From the human T2T-CHM13v2.0 reference genome, Homo sapiens: 64,000 nt of DNA. The stretch lies in the NCBI RefSeq assembly GCF_009914755.1, contig NC_060926.1. The stretch is one strand, 5' to 3'. The stretch's first letter is position 1, and each line of letters begins with the position of its first letter. The position numbers and the translations under genes are program-made. Shown here piece after piece: positions 12,639 to 30,189 of this stretch. Below the pieces are notes generated by a model. That model was not told the DNA's origin, ran no database searches, and saw only the letters and a list, made by a program, of their open reading frames with translations.

Positions 12639-14111
12639 CGACCTCTTTTCTAAGATTGGCCAATTTCCCCAGAAAATCATTCTTCAATCTCCTGCCAGAA
12701 GAGAGGGGCTGGGAGTTCTTCTGTTCATACACAGCTTTACATTCAATCCCCCTGTCTCTTGTATGTTAGCTGCCCCTTCAACTTCATCTTGTGTCTCTAA
12801 GTGCAAACCTCCCTGTGAGCCTCCTCAGAGAGGGAGTATGCAGTTTCTCGCTGGAACTGGGGAAAGGCAGCCATCCTGCTGCAGGCGGGGCTCTGCAATT
12901 CTGTTTCCATACAGGCTTTTGGTCCATTCTTCTGTCTTCAGTCCCTCTGTCCCCTTGTCTCCTCCTTCCAGAAGGATCCAGTGTTTTTACATCTTGAAAC
13001 TTTCTAGGGGTCTGTGGTACAAAACAGGATGTTTCTAGGCTCCCCCAACTAACAGGTTACATTTTTGTTTTCTCTCATCTTGTAACTCTATTATCAATTG
13101 TCCATTTGCTTTCTGGCTCCCAAGATTTTGCAGGTGGCATCACTGTGTTTTCTTCATTCTTGTAGATTCCTGCCGCCTTTAGTTCTATGTCATTCTGTGG
13201 TGTTTTGAGGGAGCAGGGGCAAATGAGTGCTTTTCTGCCATATTTACTTGCTTTTTTGTATAAAACCTTATGAAACTACAGCAAAGTAAAATGCGCTATT
13301 TTCATTTCATGAATATAATTTCACAGAAACTAAAAACAACAATCAGTATGCAGGGAGGTGCTGAGGAGTAAAAGGCCTGGGAGAGAGTCCCTGCTCCAGC
13401 CACACTGGTAGGTCCTCACAGTAATGGTAGCATCACCACCCCTACACTCACTCTGAAGTTAAAGCATAAATCAACAGCCCTAACTGGAAAGCTCATGCTA
13501 ATACTTTCCCTTTCTGCCTCCCTCAGCCTGAGAGCATCCACCCTTTCCCTATCCTTAGCCTTAGAGATGAAGGAAGCTGGTTTCACTTGAAAGACAAATT
13601 TAGTTAAGAAACACAGCTGGTCTTCAGTCCTTCTGTTCTTTTCAAATCTGACCTTGGTCTAGCTCAAGAAACGTTTGTTGATTGCCTGTTATAGACCCGC
13701 CTCTGTGTACACCGAGGGTTCAAAAATGAAAGACAGTTCTCTGCCCTTGAGGAGTTCAAAGTGTCACTTACTCCCTGATGTCTCACTAATTCCCACATAT
13801 TAATCAGGACTGGCTCCTGCACAGAGAAGCACTGAGTGGTGGCTGAGCTGCCACTTGACATTGGGTTTTCCCTCATATGGACCCTAGTTTCTTTCATTTT
13901 CTGTATACACATCTAAAGCAGAATTATTATGGAAGGCCATTAGAAATTAGCTTGGATTCCGATGTAGGAAAATGACTGTAAAAGTAAAATATTAACATTC
14001 TTCTTTAAAGAAAAAACAATCCCAGCAATCCCTCCTGCTGGGATTGTTTTTTTCTTTAAAAACAACCCCTGTAACTGGTGCGTCATGTGTGTCTGAGATT
14101 CTTGCATTGGG

Positions 14112-14384
<273 letters not shown>

Positions 14385-15122
14385 TTAACACGACCTGAAT
14401 AACAATCCTATACTTGACGGCAAACCCAAAGGCTCAACATAAGAGAGGATTAAGCAAGTATTCCCTGAATGCAATGCATCAGTGATTTCAATGGCAGTGC
14501 ACTGGCTGAGAAATTTCAGTGGAGCAAGAAGGAAGCAAACTATGAAGTCCCTACATAATTTTACAATATTTGATGGTCTAGTTTCCTGAAATGAAATGAA
14601 GAAAACAACGGAGGGTAGCAGTTAAGTGGCCATTCCTGATACTGCTCTTCATTGAAGACATTTTAGCTCTCTCCAAAATGGAATCCCGATTGTTATGGCA
14701 TTAATTATACATTTTAAATTTCATAATTGTGTTTTGCTCAATTGCATCTTCTTTCATGCAAACCACACATCAGATATCACCTCTTTCTTTGTGTTGCATG
14801 TGGCCTACCTTCTCTGTCACATAACTTTAGAACTATAAAATATAACAGATAATCTAGATTATTTTACTTTATTCAAGAAAGGTGATTATTTGCCTTTGGA
14901 AAAAAATGTCACTTAGCCTAAAGAATCTTAAAAACAATTCTTATTTTAAAGGTAAAATATTTTTTTTGAAGCAATCTTATATTAAATCACTTGCTCTAGA
15001 TAATTGTCTTTTGGTTCCACAAAGTATTGCCAATTTCTACTGTTAACGAATCAGAAAATTGAAAATAGTGCCATTTTATTAAGGACAAATTTTACAGCAA
15101 AAGACTTATTTGTAATGATCTA

Positions 15123-15356
<234 letters not shown>

Positions 15357-17223
15357 TCATGTCAAGGTCTCCTCTGTAATTTAAATTATTTGTTTGTTGA
15401 ACTAGGGAACAGTGAGTGAGTCCTCCTATAGGATGGAGGATGTCAAATCCACTTAGGAATATAAGAAAAATATGGAATTTGTGACATTTGATGTGGGAAG
15501 CAAGGGGACATTATTCCTCATTTCTGCATTTCTTTTAGGTTTATATTTTCAATCTCCTTCTCCCTGTGTCCACATAAGAGCCCATATATGAGATCCTCCT
15601 TGATTTGAGACTCTCTGATTCTAGATTCTTATCTGGAAAAATCCTTCCAATATGGACTAATCCCAAGAATGGAAATGTCTTTTGCGAGATCTTCTGGTCC
15701 ATTGCTGTATTAGGGAGGCAGCATTCTGGAACACAGGCTTTGGTTAGAAGCTCCACTCTGCTGCTTACTAGCTTGTGTTCATGAACAAATTATTTAAATT
15801 TTTTTGAGCTGGCTAGGCATCTGAGGTGCAGTATTAACACTTACTTCACATATTTATTGTGAGTTTTAGAGAAAATTAGGAAGAAAAAATCACTCATGCC
15901 TGGCATGGCTACATAAAAATTAGTTAACATTCATAGAGTGTTTACCATAGAGGTATTGTGCTAACTATTCTAGCTAGGGTATCATTTAATATTCACAGAA
16001 ACCATACCCACACTATTTTTTAGATTACAAAACTTAGGCACAGGGAGGTAAGAAAATGGTGCGAGGACAAGTAACAAGCAGTGAAAGTGAAATCTGAATC
16101 CAGATGAAAGTGAATCTTGCTCTCCTCTAAGTCCTTGCCTTGACTACTTCTCTTCCTTGCCTTCCACAACACGAGCTGTTTCCTTTCCCTGCTTCCCTTG
16201 CCTCCTGAGGAATGCTCCTTTAAGCCAGGTGAGACCCATGAAAACCTGCTTTGTCTTTGTGGAGACAAAGTGCTCAGAGAAGGGTGCCACGGGCAAGTCT
16301 GTATGAGGACAATGCAGTAAACCAGCTCCATGACAGTGCCTTGCCCAACATGAGTAGCTATTCAATAAGGGTTTGTGGGATAAATGAATCTTCCAGGAGA
16401 CACACAATCTTTGCTTTTGATCTCTGGATTCAGCAAATAGTAATTTCCATGTGCTTATAGATTGGGCTAACAGGTAAGAACTGGGCCAAGAGCCTAAAAC
16501 TTAGGAGACTTTGTGAAAAGAGCAAACAAAAAGCCTTCCACAAACCCACAAAATTTATAAACATAATCACTTATAAAGAAAAACAATTTTCCCAGGGATA
16601 TTTTTAAAAAGTAAGTAGAGAAGGTTAAAGGTAAAATTTGGCCCTACAATTTGGTTTCCATGTTGTAATTTTTCTTGTGATCAAAACTAAGAGGGACTTT
16701 TGGTGGATGGAAAAATGCAGAGTCAATATTGCGCGAAATCTGGACTTGGGTTTGGCAAAGTAAGAGACAGTAAGGCAGGTGTAACTTACCCACCACCCAC
16801 GGTACACATTGCCAAGTAATGAAATAATGATGATGGCAGTAATACCAGTGGCCGCTTTCATTGTGTGGCTATTAAGTGTGTTTTCTTCATTTTAACGTTA
16901 TTTTCTTGCATTTTGCAGATGAAATAGACAATCTCAGAAAGGATAATTGTCCCAAAGCTATGAAGCTACTAAGTGGCAAAGCTTGGATGCAAGCCCAGGT
17001 CAGCTCCAAATCTCAGGTGTTTCCCCACTATGCTAAACTAAAGCTCAATGTACAAAAAAATTCAACAAAAATAGCATCCATTGCATTGGGCAATACAATA
17101 CTTTCCAAAATTAAAGAGTATGTTGATGAAGGATATTTCTTTTGCTTAAAAAACTAAGACAGTCCAGGGGCACTGTGAAATAAATTGCATATCCTTTGAC
17201 CTTCTAGAGCCACAATCATAATA

Positions 17224-17576
17224 CAGATTGAATATTTCTTATCAGAAATGCTTGGGACCAGAAACGTTTCAGATTCTGGATTTTTTCAGATTTTGGAATA
17301 TCTGCATATAATGAGATACCCTGGGGATAGGACTCAAGTCTAACCACAAAATTCCTGTTTCTTATCTACTTTATACACATAGCCCAGAAGTAAATTCCTA
17401 TAATATTTTTAATAATTTTGTACATGAAACAAAGTTTTGACTGCATTTTGACTGTGACCCATCACATGAGGTCAAGTGTGAAATTTTCCACCTGTGGAAT
17501 CATGTTGGCATTCAAAAATTTTTGAATTTTGGAACATTTTGGATTTGGGATTTTCAGATTAGGGATGCTCAACCTG
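17224..17576. mobile_element. MER46-like Tigger-family MITE
   Basis: TA flanks with inverted termini cagattgaatat / atgctcaacctg; 70 bp from the exon 26 donor. Confidence 0.75.
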
Positions 17577-17594
17577 TACACTCTGGTCATTCTA

Positions 17595-17918
<324 letters not shown>

Positions 17919-20900
17919 CTAGCATTAGGTGTTATGCAGGACATTTGGTTTGCTTAACAGACTAACAATCCCAAGGCTAAAATTATGGAATAAATTATGT
18001 TGCCTTTGACCTCTGGATGTAATGTCTATCAGGAGTGGCATCCATGTTAACACTAATCAGACTATGGTCCTATTTATTTCCTGAACTCTGGCTCTACAGG
18101 TGGGGCAAACGAGAAAGACGCTCAGGTATTCAGGTAAGAAACAACGTCCCCTTACTTTGGTGCAGCACACTCTCTACAAATATACAGGGTTGCTCTATTT
18201 TGAGACTCATGAGTTATGGAAAGGATTTTTCTCTGTGAAGCTTTTGGGCAATATAAGGGTCAAACCTGTTTTCTTGATTTTACTAACACCATTCTCTGCA
18301 TAACTGAGATAATAAAACCAAGTAAAAAAGGAATACATTTATTCACTTAGTCAATCAACAAACATATATTTGAATCACCTGCCACAAAGCACCATCCTAA
18401 GCCATCTATGTCTGCTACGTAAAGAAAATATAATCTCTGTTTCCTAGGAACTCACAGTCTAGTTAGGCAGTTAAGTCCAGGTACTTGAATATCTACCACA
18501 TGAGCTGATTCACTAAAGAGTCCTAGAATATTAAAGGCACAGATGCCTAACGTGCTACTATAAAGTATTTGGCCCTATTATTTCAGAAAAAAATTGTGAT
18601 AAATGGTATGAACAGATTATATTTAAGATAATTTCTAAGTAATGGAAAAAGCAAACACTATTAGAAAAAATATAAAGCATTTCTCAATAACAATTAGCCC
18701 TGGCTTATCTTGCTCTACTCATTTTCCATAGCACTTAAGTCTGCAAAACACAATTTAATAATTAAACACTCAGGCTGTTTGCTCATTCTTCTAAATGTGC
18801 TACATTGTAAGCTCCTAGAAGGCAGAAGACATGCTTCATGGTCCTTAGACTCTCCCACAGGGACTCATGCAGTAACAGGCACATCATAGGTATCCAAATA
18901 AATGTTGAAAATATTGAACGCCTACATTTGGTAGATTAAGAGCAAAGAGGACTTTGAAAAAAAAACATAAAAAGTGGTAGGTTTTCTGCTTAAAATGTTT
19001 GTAGAAATGTTTTACGATGTTGTAACAAAATATACTGTGCCTATGAAATGCAAGAAGTCATAATGATTTCCTTATTGGCCTTGCTTTCGACCTGTGACCA
19101 GAACATTCACTGGGCATATTCAGAGAAATATACTTAATGTACATGTTAATGTTGGAAAAGTAAATATGAGGGATTCAGTTTCCTGTACCTTGCATAGTTC
19201 ACAATCTATGTTGGCTGCAGGCATGCCAGAAGTGACATTTTGGAAAATTGAACCCTCTGACTTATCAGAATTATACCTCTGGTTACAATGGGCTTTCTAG
19301 GTTTATTGGTTACCAAATACTTTCAAACAAATTTACAATCTTTATACCTCAACTTAATAACAGAAGGGATTATAAATTATAGGCAATCAATACTTAGTCC
19401 TTATTTTTATAACTTCCTGGATTCTGTCAATTTCTGTTTGCTTGTTTCCTTGCTTTGCTTTATACAAGGAAATCTTTAGTTGCCTTTTTCAAAATTTTCT
19501 TAGCATTTCTCTTCATAATGTTATACTCTTCATAATAGTATATTACATTAAAGATTATACTATTCAGGGAAGTCAGAAAGGCCACTTTCAAAATATAGGG
19601 ATTAAACAATTAATCAAGTATGAAGCAAAACAAAACATTTTCAGACCCATATCTATGAACTATTTCTTAGAAATTTGCTTTTGGATGAGCTCCAACAAAA
19701 GGGGGTAAAAACTAGAAAAAGGAATGTATGGGAACTACGAAATAATGGATCTAATCCAAGGAAATATCACAGGGAACTCACAGGATGATGACTGTTCAAC
19801 AGGCAAACGTTGCGAGTGACAGAAATGAGGGAAGAGATGGCCTGACAGAGACATTGGAAGAACACAAAGGTTTTCATGAAGACAAAGAATGCAAGAAAAA
19901 AAGAAACCTTTCAGAAAAACAATCAAAAAAATATAATGTAAATGTAACTCACTATTTGACTGAAGGATGAACAATATTTACATAATCATTAAAAAAGCTG
20001 TCAATTGATTTTCAACTTTTAGAATCAACTTAGAGTGAAGGCAGGAAAGATAATGTTATAAACAGAATGTGCTCTGAATTCTTGATAAAAGTGCAGTTAG
20101 AACTTAAGAGGTAAAAGAAGTAAGAGGTGAAAAGAGTAAGAGGTGAAAATAAAGGTAGGATTGCTAACATTTTTCTTTTAGAAAGTGAGAATTCAAGAGG
20201 AACTATCTACAGGTGGTGGAAGAGCAACGGAAGCAGATCAGAAGTTTACAAATTTATAAATAGAAGGCCTAAAAAATGATATAACTATATTGGGAGGAGG
20301 TAGGCAAAAGGAGGGAGTGGTGAGAGTAAGTAGATTTTTATCTCTTGAGAATAAATCACAGAGAGTCTAAATTTGTTAAATCATGAAATAGCATGAGCAT
20401 ATTATTTAAAGACATAAAAGTCACCATTGGGAGATCAAAAAACATCAAGTGGTCAAAAATAGTTGCCTTTGAGCAGAGAAATGTGGAGTGGGAGTGTAAG
20501 CATAAAGCAGGGGGGTGGCTTTTTATTATAAATATTTATTATTTGATTTTGTGACCTTCTGCATATATTACTTTTAAAGAAAGAAAAAAAGGACAGAAAA
20601 GAGAAAGAAATGTTATGAAAAATAAATACCAAAGCTATTCACCAAAATTTCAAATATCCTTGCTAAAGATTTATGGTACATGGCTCTCAATCTGAGTTCC
20701 TTGCGTTATTTAGATTTCAGCTTCTTGAACAAGGATTGTCTTAGATCTTTTCATGCTAACTCTCCTTTCTTGCTCATTTATCATTATTTCCCTTATCACT
20801 CTACTTTTTCCATTCCTGGTCATTAGTTTCCTGATTAGTCTGCACTTTCTGCTCCATTTACGGGTAAGTGAGTGCTTCTATTAAATACACTCATCTCCAG

Positions 20901-21046
20901 CTTTGCAGTGTGCCCAGTTTTCTTTGCCTAACTGGTCAGCAGGCCATCTGGAACTGGGGAAAATCTGACATTAGAAATTGTGAGGTAGAATCAGGTGAAG
21001 CAGCAAATGACTGGGACTGGAAAATATGCATGGGGTAAGTGCCTTA

Positions 21047-21367
<321 letters not shown>

Positions 21368-22492
21368 TCAAAATTAGAGATGCTCTTACTGAAGCCTAGA
21401 ATATTGAAAACACACCTAAATCTTGAGTTTAAAATCCCTGCTTGAGATACCTTCAAACCATGCTGCCAAAGTGCAAAGTATAAAGACAGCAACTTAATAA
21501 AAGGACATTCCATTTTGTGTTCTGAAAGATGTAGTATAAAGGAAGGCTTGGGCAACGAAATTAAAGACATTTGACTCCCCCTATTCCCAGTCTAACATAA
21601 GGGGATTTTCTTGCCATCTATTCCTGACATTCTGAATAGAAGAGAATAGCTGGAAGATATGACATCACAGAAGCCAGTAACTGTCCAAACCCTATAGCTT
21701 TGTTCTCCTAAAGACTAAAAATAATGTTACACTTAAAACGACCTAGAAAGAAAGTTACCTGAGGTCTGTACTGCAAAGGTGAATACTTTCTATTGTACTT
21801 TGGTGTGCTTAAAACTCTAACTTATAAAATCTAGAAATGGATAGACATTTAATAGACCACACAGAAACTTTACATTTACTGAACTGAAGGAGAAATTTTA
21901 CCAATTTAGAAAGATTACAGAATTTAGCTTAGCTTTACTAGTGTTTAGGTTTGCTTTGCTTTCTGGAACATACTAAAATTTTCAAAAATAGGTAGAGAAG
22001 ATTTACAAATACCTATCTATCAATTAGAAGAACAGATATTTTGTTGAGATTGAATTAATTTTCAGGACATCCACATAAGCTAAAACTTGAATCAAGATGA
22101 ACATGAATTAAATCAATGTTATTGGACAGGAAGAAGTGATTTTTCTACATTCTGTATCAGAACATCAATAGAAAACACAGTGGTTAGGTAGATCTCAGAG
22201 GACAACTGGCTTCATTCATTTGGGAACTAAGTGTATTTTATATTACACAGAATTTAGCATTCACTGAATGTCATCACCTTGTTCAAATGCCAGCTTTAGG
22301 AATAATTTTTGATGCTAATTTACTTTATTCCTTTGTATTTATAAATCTACTGTTTGTCTTCTCCAAGTATGTATGAATGAACCCATATACAGCAGGAATT
22401 TAGAAGCCAAGTGGTATTGTATGGCCATCCCTAATGGCTGTCCTGCACACACATACGCACAACCTTACCCCTCATCAATACTTACACATTTT

Positions 22493-23151
<659 letters not shown>

Positions 23152-23317
23152 TCAGACTTGTCTGGAAATGGAGAGGGTGGTGTTTAAGGGACTGGCAGTT
23201 TTCAAACTGTGTTCTATGAAAAAGGAGTAAGAAGAGGACTGAACAAGCATGAAGGGGGGAGAGCTCAGACCTCCAAACCTTTATTTGACCACAATAGCTT
23301 CCTTTAAGAAAATTGTT

Positions 23318-23802
<485 letters not shown>

Positions 23803-24239
23803 TTATGCTTCAGAGAGCAAGACAGATGCAATTGCCTGTCTCCTTCTACTTGTCTTAGCCTCTAACTATAGTCAACATGTACTTAATTAACGAAAGAGTG
23901 AATGAATAAATGAATGATAAATATAATGAGAGATAACTTTGTTGCTGTAGAGATTATGATGTGAGTAGTAGCCCCCAAAGCTGCTCACCTGCACTGTCAT
24001 GCACAGAGGGTCTGCCTGGGATGGGGATAGGGATAAGGGATGTGTCTTTGTGTGTCACACTGCTCAGTTCATAAGCAGGAATTGTTTTAGGCCAGAATTG
24101 CAAATCTGAACATCCCCGGGAGCCCAGTTTAAAGCCTAAGGGAATGAAAAGCACTTGAAATGAAATGGAAAATGGTGGAAGATGACGTTCCAATTTTTAA
24201 AGTGAAGCCAGAAATTGGAAGTTTTCTGTAGTTCCACTT

Positions 24240-24539
24240 TTTGTTTTGTTTTGAGATGGAGTCTCACTCTGTCACCCAGGCTGGAGTGTAGTGGCATGAT
24301 CTCAGCTCACTGTAGCCTCTGCCTCCTGGGTTCAAGCGATTCTCCTTTCTCCTGCCTCAGCCTCCCAAGTAGCTGGGATTACAGGCACACATCACCATAC
24401 CTGGCTAATTTTTGTATTTTTTTGTAGAGATGAGGTTTCGCCATGTTGGCCAGGCTGGTCTTGAACTCCTGACCTCAAGTGATCCACCCGCCTCGGCCTG
24501 AGGTGCTGAGATTACAGGCATGAGCCACCGCACCCAGCC
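24240..24539 (-). mobile_element. Alu (S-like)
   Basis: Reverse-complement Alu consensus with small indels. Confidence 0.93.
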
Positions 24540-24570
24540 TGTAGCCCCAGATTTTTACATGTTGGCAAAA

Positions 24571-24625
24571 AAATATTCTAAATTATTCTAAAATTATTCT
24601 AAATTATTCTAAAATTATTCTAAAA
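24571..24625. repeat. Tandem repeat of about 5 x AAATTATTCT(A)
   Basis: Direct reading. Confidence 0.85.
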
Positions 24626-25169
24626 CCTTAATATAAACTAAATAAAAATAAGCCAATGGTTTGTGTTTTCTAATTTAGACTAGTAGCTTTAAATATGCAA
24701 AGATTTAGAAAAGAGACACTTTCCTAGCTGGGTGGGTGTAGTGGAGTGGGAGAGAAGTGCTGAAAGAGATACCAGGTGAGAAGGCGGGACTCATGGCTAG
24801 AGAAGGAAACCCAAGAACCGATTCCTATAGGACCACTTTTCCTAATGCCCTCCAAACCTTTCTCAGACCATCTCCACCCTTACCCCCCGACTCGCCCATA
24901 TACATGTGTACCTCGTTCCCCAGTACCCTGACACCCTTAGGCTTTCACCTCTGGAAATGTGAGAAATTGGACTAAAAGCTAATCTTATTAGAAAAGCAGG
25001 CTTTGGCTATACGAATGGAACATCCTTCACCTGTATGGCCCATGCTGTCTCTGCCTAGGAGGAGTCAGTTGGGAGGAGTCAGCCCTCTTTGCAAGAGAGG
25101 AGTTCAAACAAAACAGTTCTCTATGAACCATCTTAGCCAAGACCTCTAGATTTTCTCAGCATTAACATG

Positions 25170-25612
25170 TGTGGCAGATTGTTTATAAACAACGATCATA
25201 TTAATTCACACTTTCATGCATCCCTTTGCAACATGGCTTTTTTACTCCTCTCATCAAAAAGTGGATTCTATTTTTTTCTATTCCTTAAACCTGGGCTTGA
25301 TGGTATGACTTTCTTTGGCCAAACAGAAAATTAGAAAGTTTCTTTGCGTGGAGAGACTTGAAAAGTACTTGCACAGTGGGGCTTGCCCTCTTTTGTGGCA
25401 CTTGGAACTCTGAGGCCATAATATGAAGAAAAGAAGCTCATCTGCTAGACAGGCCATGTGGAGACAGAAGAATACACAGAAGCCTGACTGAGTCAGCCCA
25501 GGTCAGAAGAACCGCCCTGATGACCCACAGAATCTTGAGAAATAATTAATCCCAGCTATTGTAAGACACCAAGCTTGGGATGGTTTGCTAAGCAGCAAAA
25601 AGCTAACTGACA
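25170..25612 (+). mobile_element. MLT1-type MaLR solo LTR
   Basis: tgtggcaga start; ggtttgctaagcagcaaaagctaactgaca end is typical of MLT1. Confidence 0.6.
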
Positions 25613-25672
25613 GAACCAGGCTATTCCTTCCTTGTGTGTTGATCTTTTCTCACCTTGGCTAGATATTCCTCA

Positions 25673-25975
<303 letters not shown>

Positions 25976-26704
25976 TCAGTGGCTGCCTGGATTAGATGGT
26001 GCAAATGGCAGAATGTGGTACAAATCAGAGAATGCATCATCTGGGAATACAAAGACGTGGCTGGAGATCAACCCAACTGGACCACGAGACAATTTTTCAG
26101 TTAAATTCAAGTTTCCCTTAATTCTTATACTTGAGAAGTGTTTATGCTACCATCCCTCATTTACCCCCCAAGGACAAGATATTAATTAGAACACACTTTA
26201 AAATGTGTAGCTAAAACCTAAGTGTATCCAAAACCTAAACTGTAGTTCATAATTCTGGTTGGGAAAGACACTTGCCCCAAGCCTGGGGGACTCTAAAGTA
26301 TGAAGAGCAAAGGCATGTGCCATTAAAACCATCATAGCTCCTGTGTGTGTGGAAAGCATGGCTCAGGGGAACCATTAAATTGCAAAAGCTTCACGGCCAG
26401 AAAACTGAACTATCCACCCCTGCAAATGAGAGTACACCAAATTGGAATGTGGAATGAATCACTATGCGAGAGGAAATTGAACAGGCAATCCTGTGTTCAC
26501 TCCGCTATTTCTCCACACTGGCTCATACTCAGAGTCTCGGAGCTTTATTGCCTCAGCCTTTGCGCCAAGCACGCATAGAAAGGGTGGTGGAAGGTTCTTA
26601 AGTGTGCCTGTCTTGTGGGCTGACAGCTTCCTTCAGTCTCTTCGTACTACTCGTTTTTAACAGTTTGTCTGATAGCCACTCAGCCATGAGGAATGGGAAA
26701 ATTA

Positions 26705-26941
<237 letters not shown>

Positions 26942-27002
26942 TCAACCCGTCTCAGACACACAGTCGCTTTTACCAATTACCATTACACAAAAAGGTCAGA
27001 CC

Positions 27003-27890
<888 letters not shown>

Positions 27891-28719
27891 CCTGTTCAAA
27901 AAGTTAAGTTCTTTTAAATGATTAAGTTCTTTTAAATGATGAGCTCACATAACGTATCTGAAGGCTGAATTAATTAAAAGGTTCTTTATTCATAGCTTAT
28001 CCGAAGTTCATTTATTGACTAATCTCATTTTAAGAGTGTCAGTGCTAGAGCAGTCTGTCTGAGATTAATGCAGCCCTAAACATGGGCTACACATGTGTCA
28101 AGTACTGATGCATTTGGCTTGTTTGAAGATATCCAGCCATTGGGCTTGAGGTAATATTACTTATTCAATGAAGATTAATGCTTGCTCTATAATTATATTT
28201 TTGAAGTTGATACAAGACTATTATAAGATACCACTTTGATTCTCATTGAAGTTAGCCTGCTCATTGGTACAAAGTTACATGCTGCTGTAATACACAGCTA
28301 TTTAGTCAATGCAGATGGACAAAATGGATTCAGTCCCAATATAGATGGAGAATGGACCACTGTGGTAATTATATCTATACTAATCAGAGTATCCAATGGT
28401 TCCAAATCGTTGTTTCAGTTGCAGCTAGGCAGGTACGACCAAAGCTTGGCACACTCTGTAGAAAATACTTGGGTGAGGACAATTACATCACTTCTTTTTA
28501 AAATTGTAGAAACACATTTTTATTTAAGACAAAAAAATGTAAAACGACAAAAGGTAACCTGTTAGTAACCATTCGATGCTAAGGCACTGTTATTCAGGAA
28601 TAATTTGCATCTTTATACTGAATTGAAGACACAAATGGAATATAAAATTGTGTCCCAAAGCATTCCTATGTGTTAGTGCTGACTTCCTTGGAGACTAACA
28701 GGCTAAATCAAGAATTTCT

Positions 28720-29200
28720 CATTTGTACACCCACGTTCAGAGCAGAATTATTCACAACAGCCAAACAACCTGAATGTCCACAGACAGATGAATGAATAAA
28801 GAAAACATGATATATCCATAAAATAAACATCCATAAAAATGTAGCTCTGACACATACTATAGCATAGAGAAACTTCAAAAACATCATGTTATGTGAAATA
28901 AGCCAGACATAAAAGGATAAATTCATATGATTCCACTTAGATGAGGTACATAGAGTAGTCAGATTCATAGACACAGAAAGTAAAATGGTGGTTGCTGGGG
29001 CTGAGGGGAGGGAGAGCAGGATGGGGAGTTGCCGTTTCAAGGGTACAGAATTTCTCTTTGGAACGGTAAAACATTTCTAGAGATGAATAGTGGTGATGGT
29101 TACATAACAATGTAAATGTACTTAATGCCATTCAGCTGTACACTTAAAGATGGTTAAAGTAGTAAATTTTGTGTTACAAATATTTTACCACAATTTTTTT
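28720..29200 (+). mobile_element. L1MB-like 3' fragment
   Basis: gcagaattattcacaacagccaa ... gtacacttaaagatggttaa; flanked by aagaattt. Confidence 0.7.
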
Positions 29201-30189
29201 TAAAAAAGAATTTTTGGTTGGCAAGGACTGTCAGGCATTACAGAGGACTTGAAAAGCAACTTTGCACTTCTTTGGGATGTCGTTATTTTGTTTCCTTTTA
29301 CATTTTATTCAATTGGTATTTTTTTAAAAATTGAAAATAATACAACCTAAGACACAAACAAAACATAGATACATATTTAACAATATATACATATATTTTA
29401 ATTTTTTTCTTTACAAAAAGGGCTCATACTCTACATATTACTTTGTACTTTGACTTTTTTTCACTTATCAATGGTACATAACTATCCTTCCAGATCAATA
29501 TATAGGAACACTTTAAAAAATAGCTGTGCAATATTCCTTAGTATAAATGTATCATAATTGATTCAACTCTTTTTCTGTTTGTTGATGGATATTTGGGTAG
29601 TTTCCAGGGAATTTTATTAATTTTTTGGTTAATATAAAAAATGATAAATATCCTTGAACACACATTCTTACACAATAGGAGGGAATTCACTCATCAGAAT
29701 TCTGTTCAAAGAGTATATAATTAAAAAAGAAAAAGAATTTCTGGTTGGCAAGGACTGTCAGGCATTACACAATACTTGAAAAGCAACTCTAAAGTTTTTG
29801 GGGGGATATCATTATTTACTATTACTCTCCAAAACATTTGCTTACTATTATTTACTATTACTCTCCAAAAAACATTGAAAAACTTTGTACATTGTATGAA
29901 AGTGTCAGTTATTCCCCATCCTCATGAATATCGTTCATGATGGTTTTAGGAACACTACACATAATATGGTTATATTAGGGATATTAATATTTATTATAAA
30001 TGCTTTTCTAGTTTATCATTTGTTTATATAAAAGTTTTGAATTTATGAAGTCCAACATGTCTACTTTGTAGTTTTGAGTTTTTGTCTTGCTTGAGAGAAT
30101 CACCTCTACTACCACTCTTATTTCTCAATGAGCTCTAGCTAATATAATAAGAAAATAAAATGAGTATAAATATAAAAAAAGAAAAGAAA

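Noticed and set aside
24571-24625. Short tandem arrays (also near 20119-20148 and 27904-27939) as CRISPR-like
   Set aside because: No spacers, eukaryotic context; simple slippage duplications
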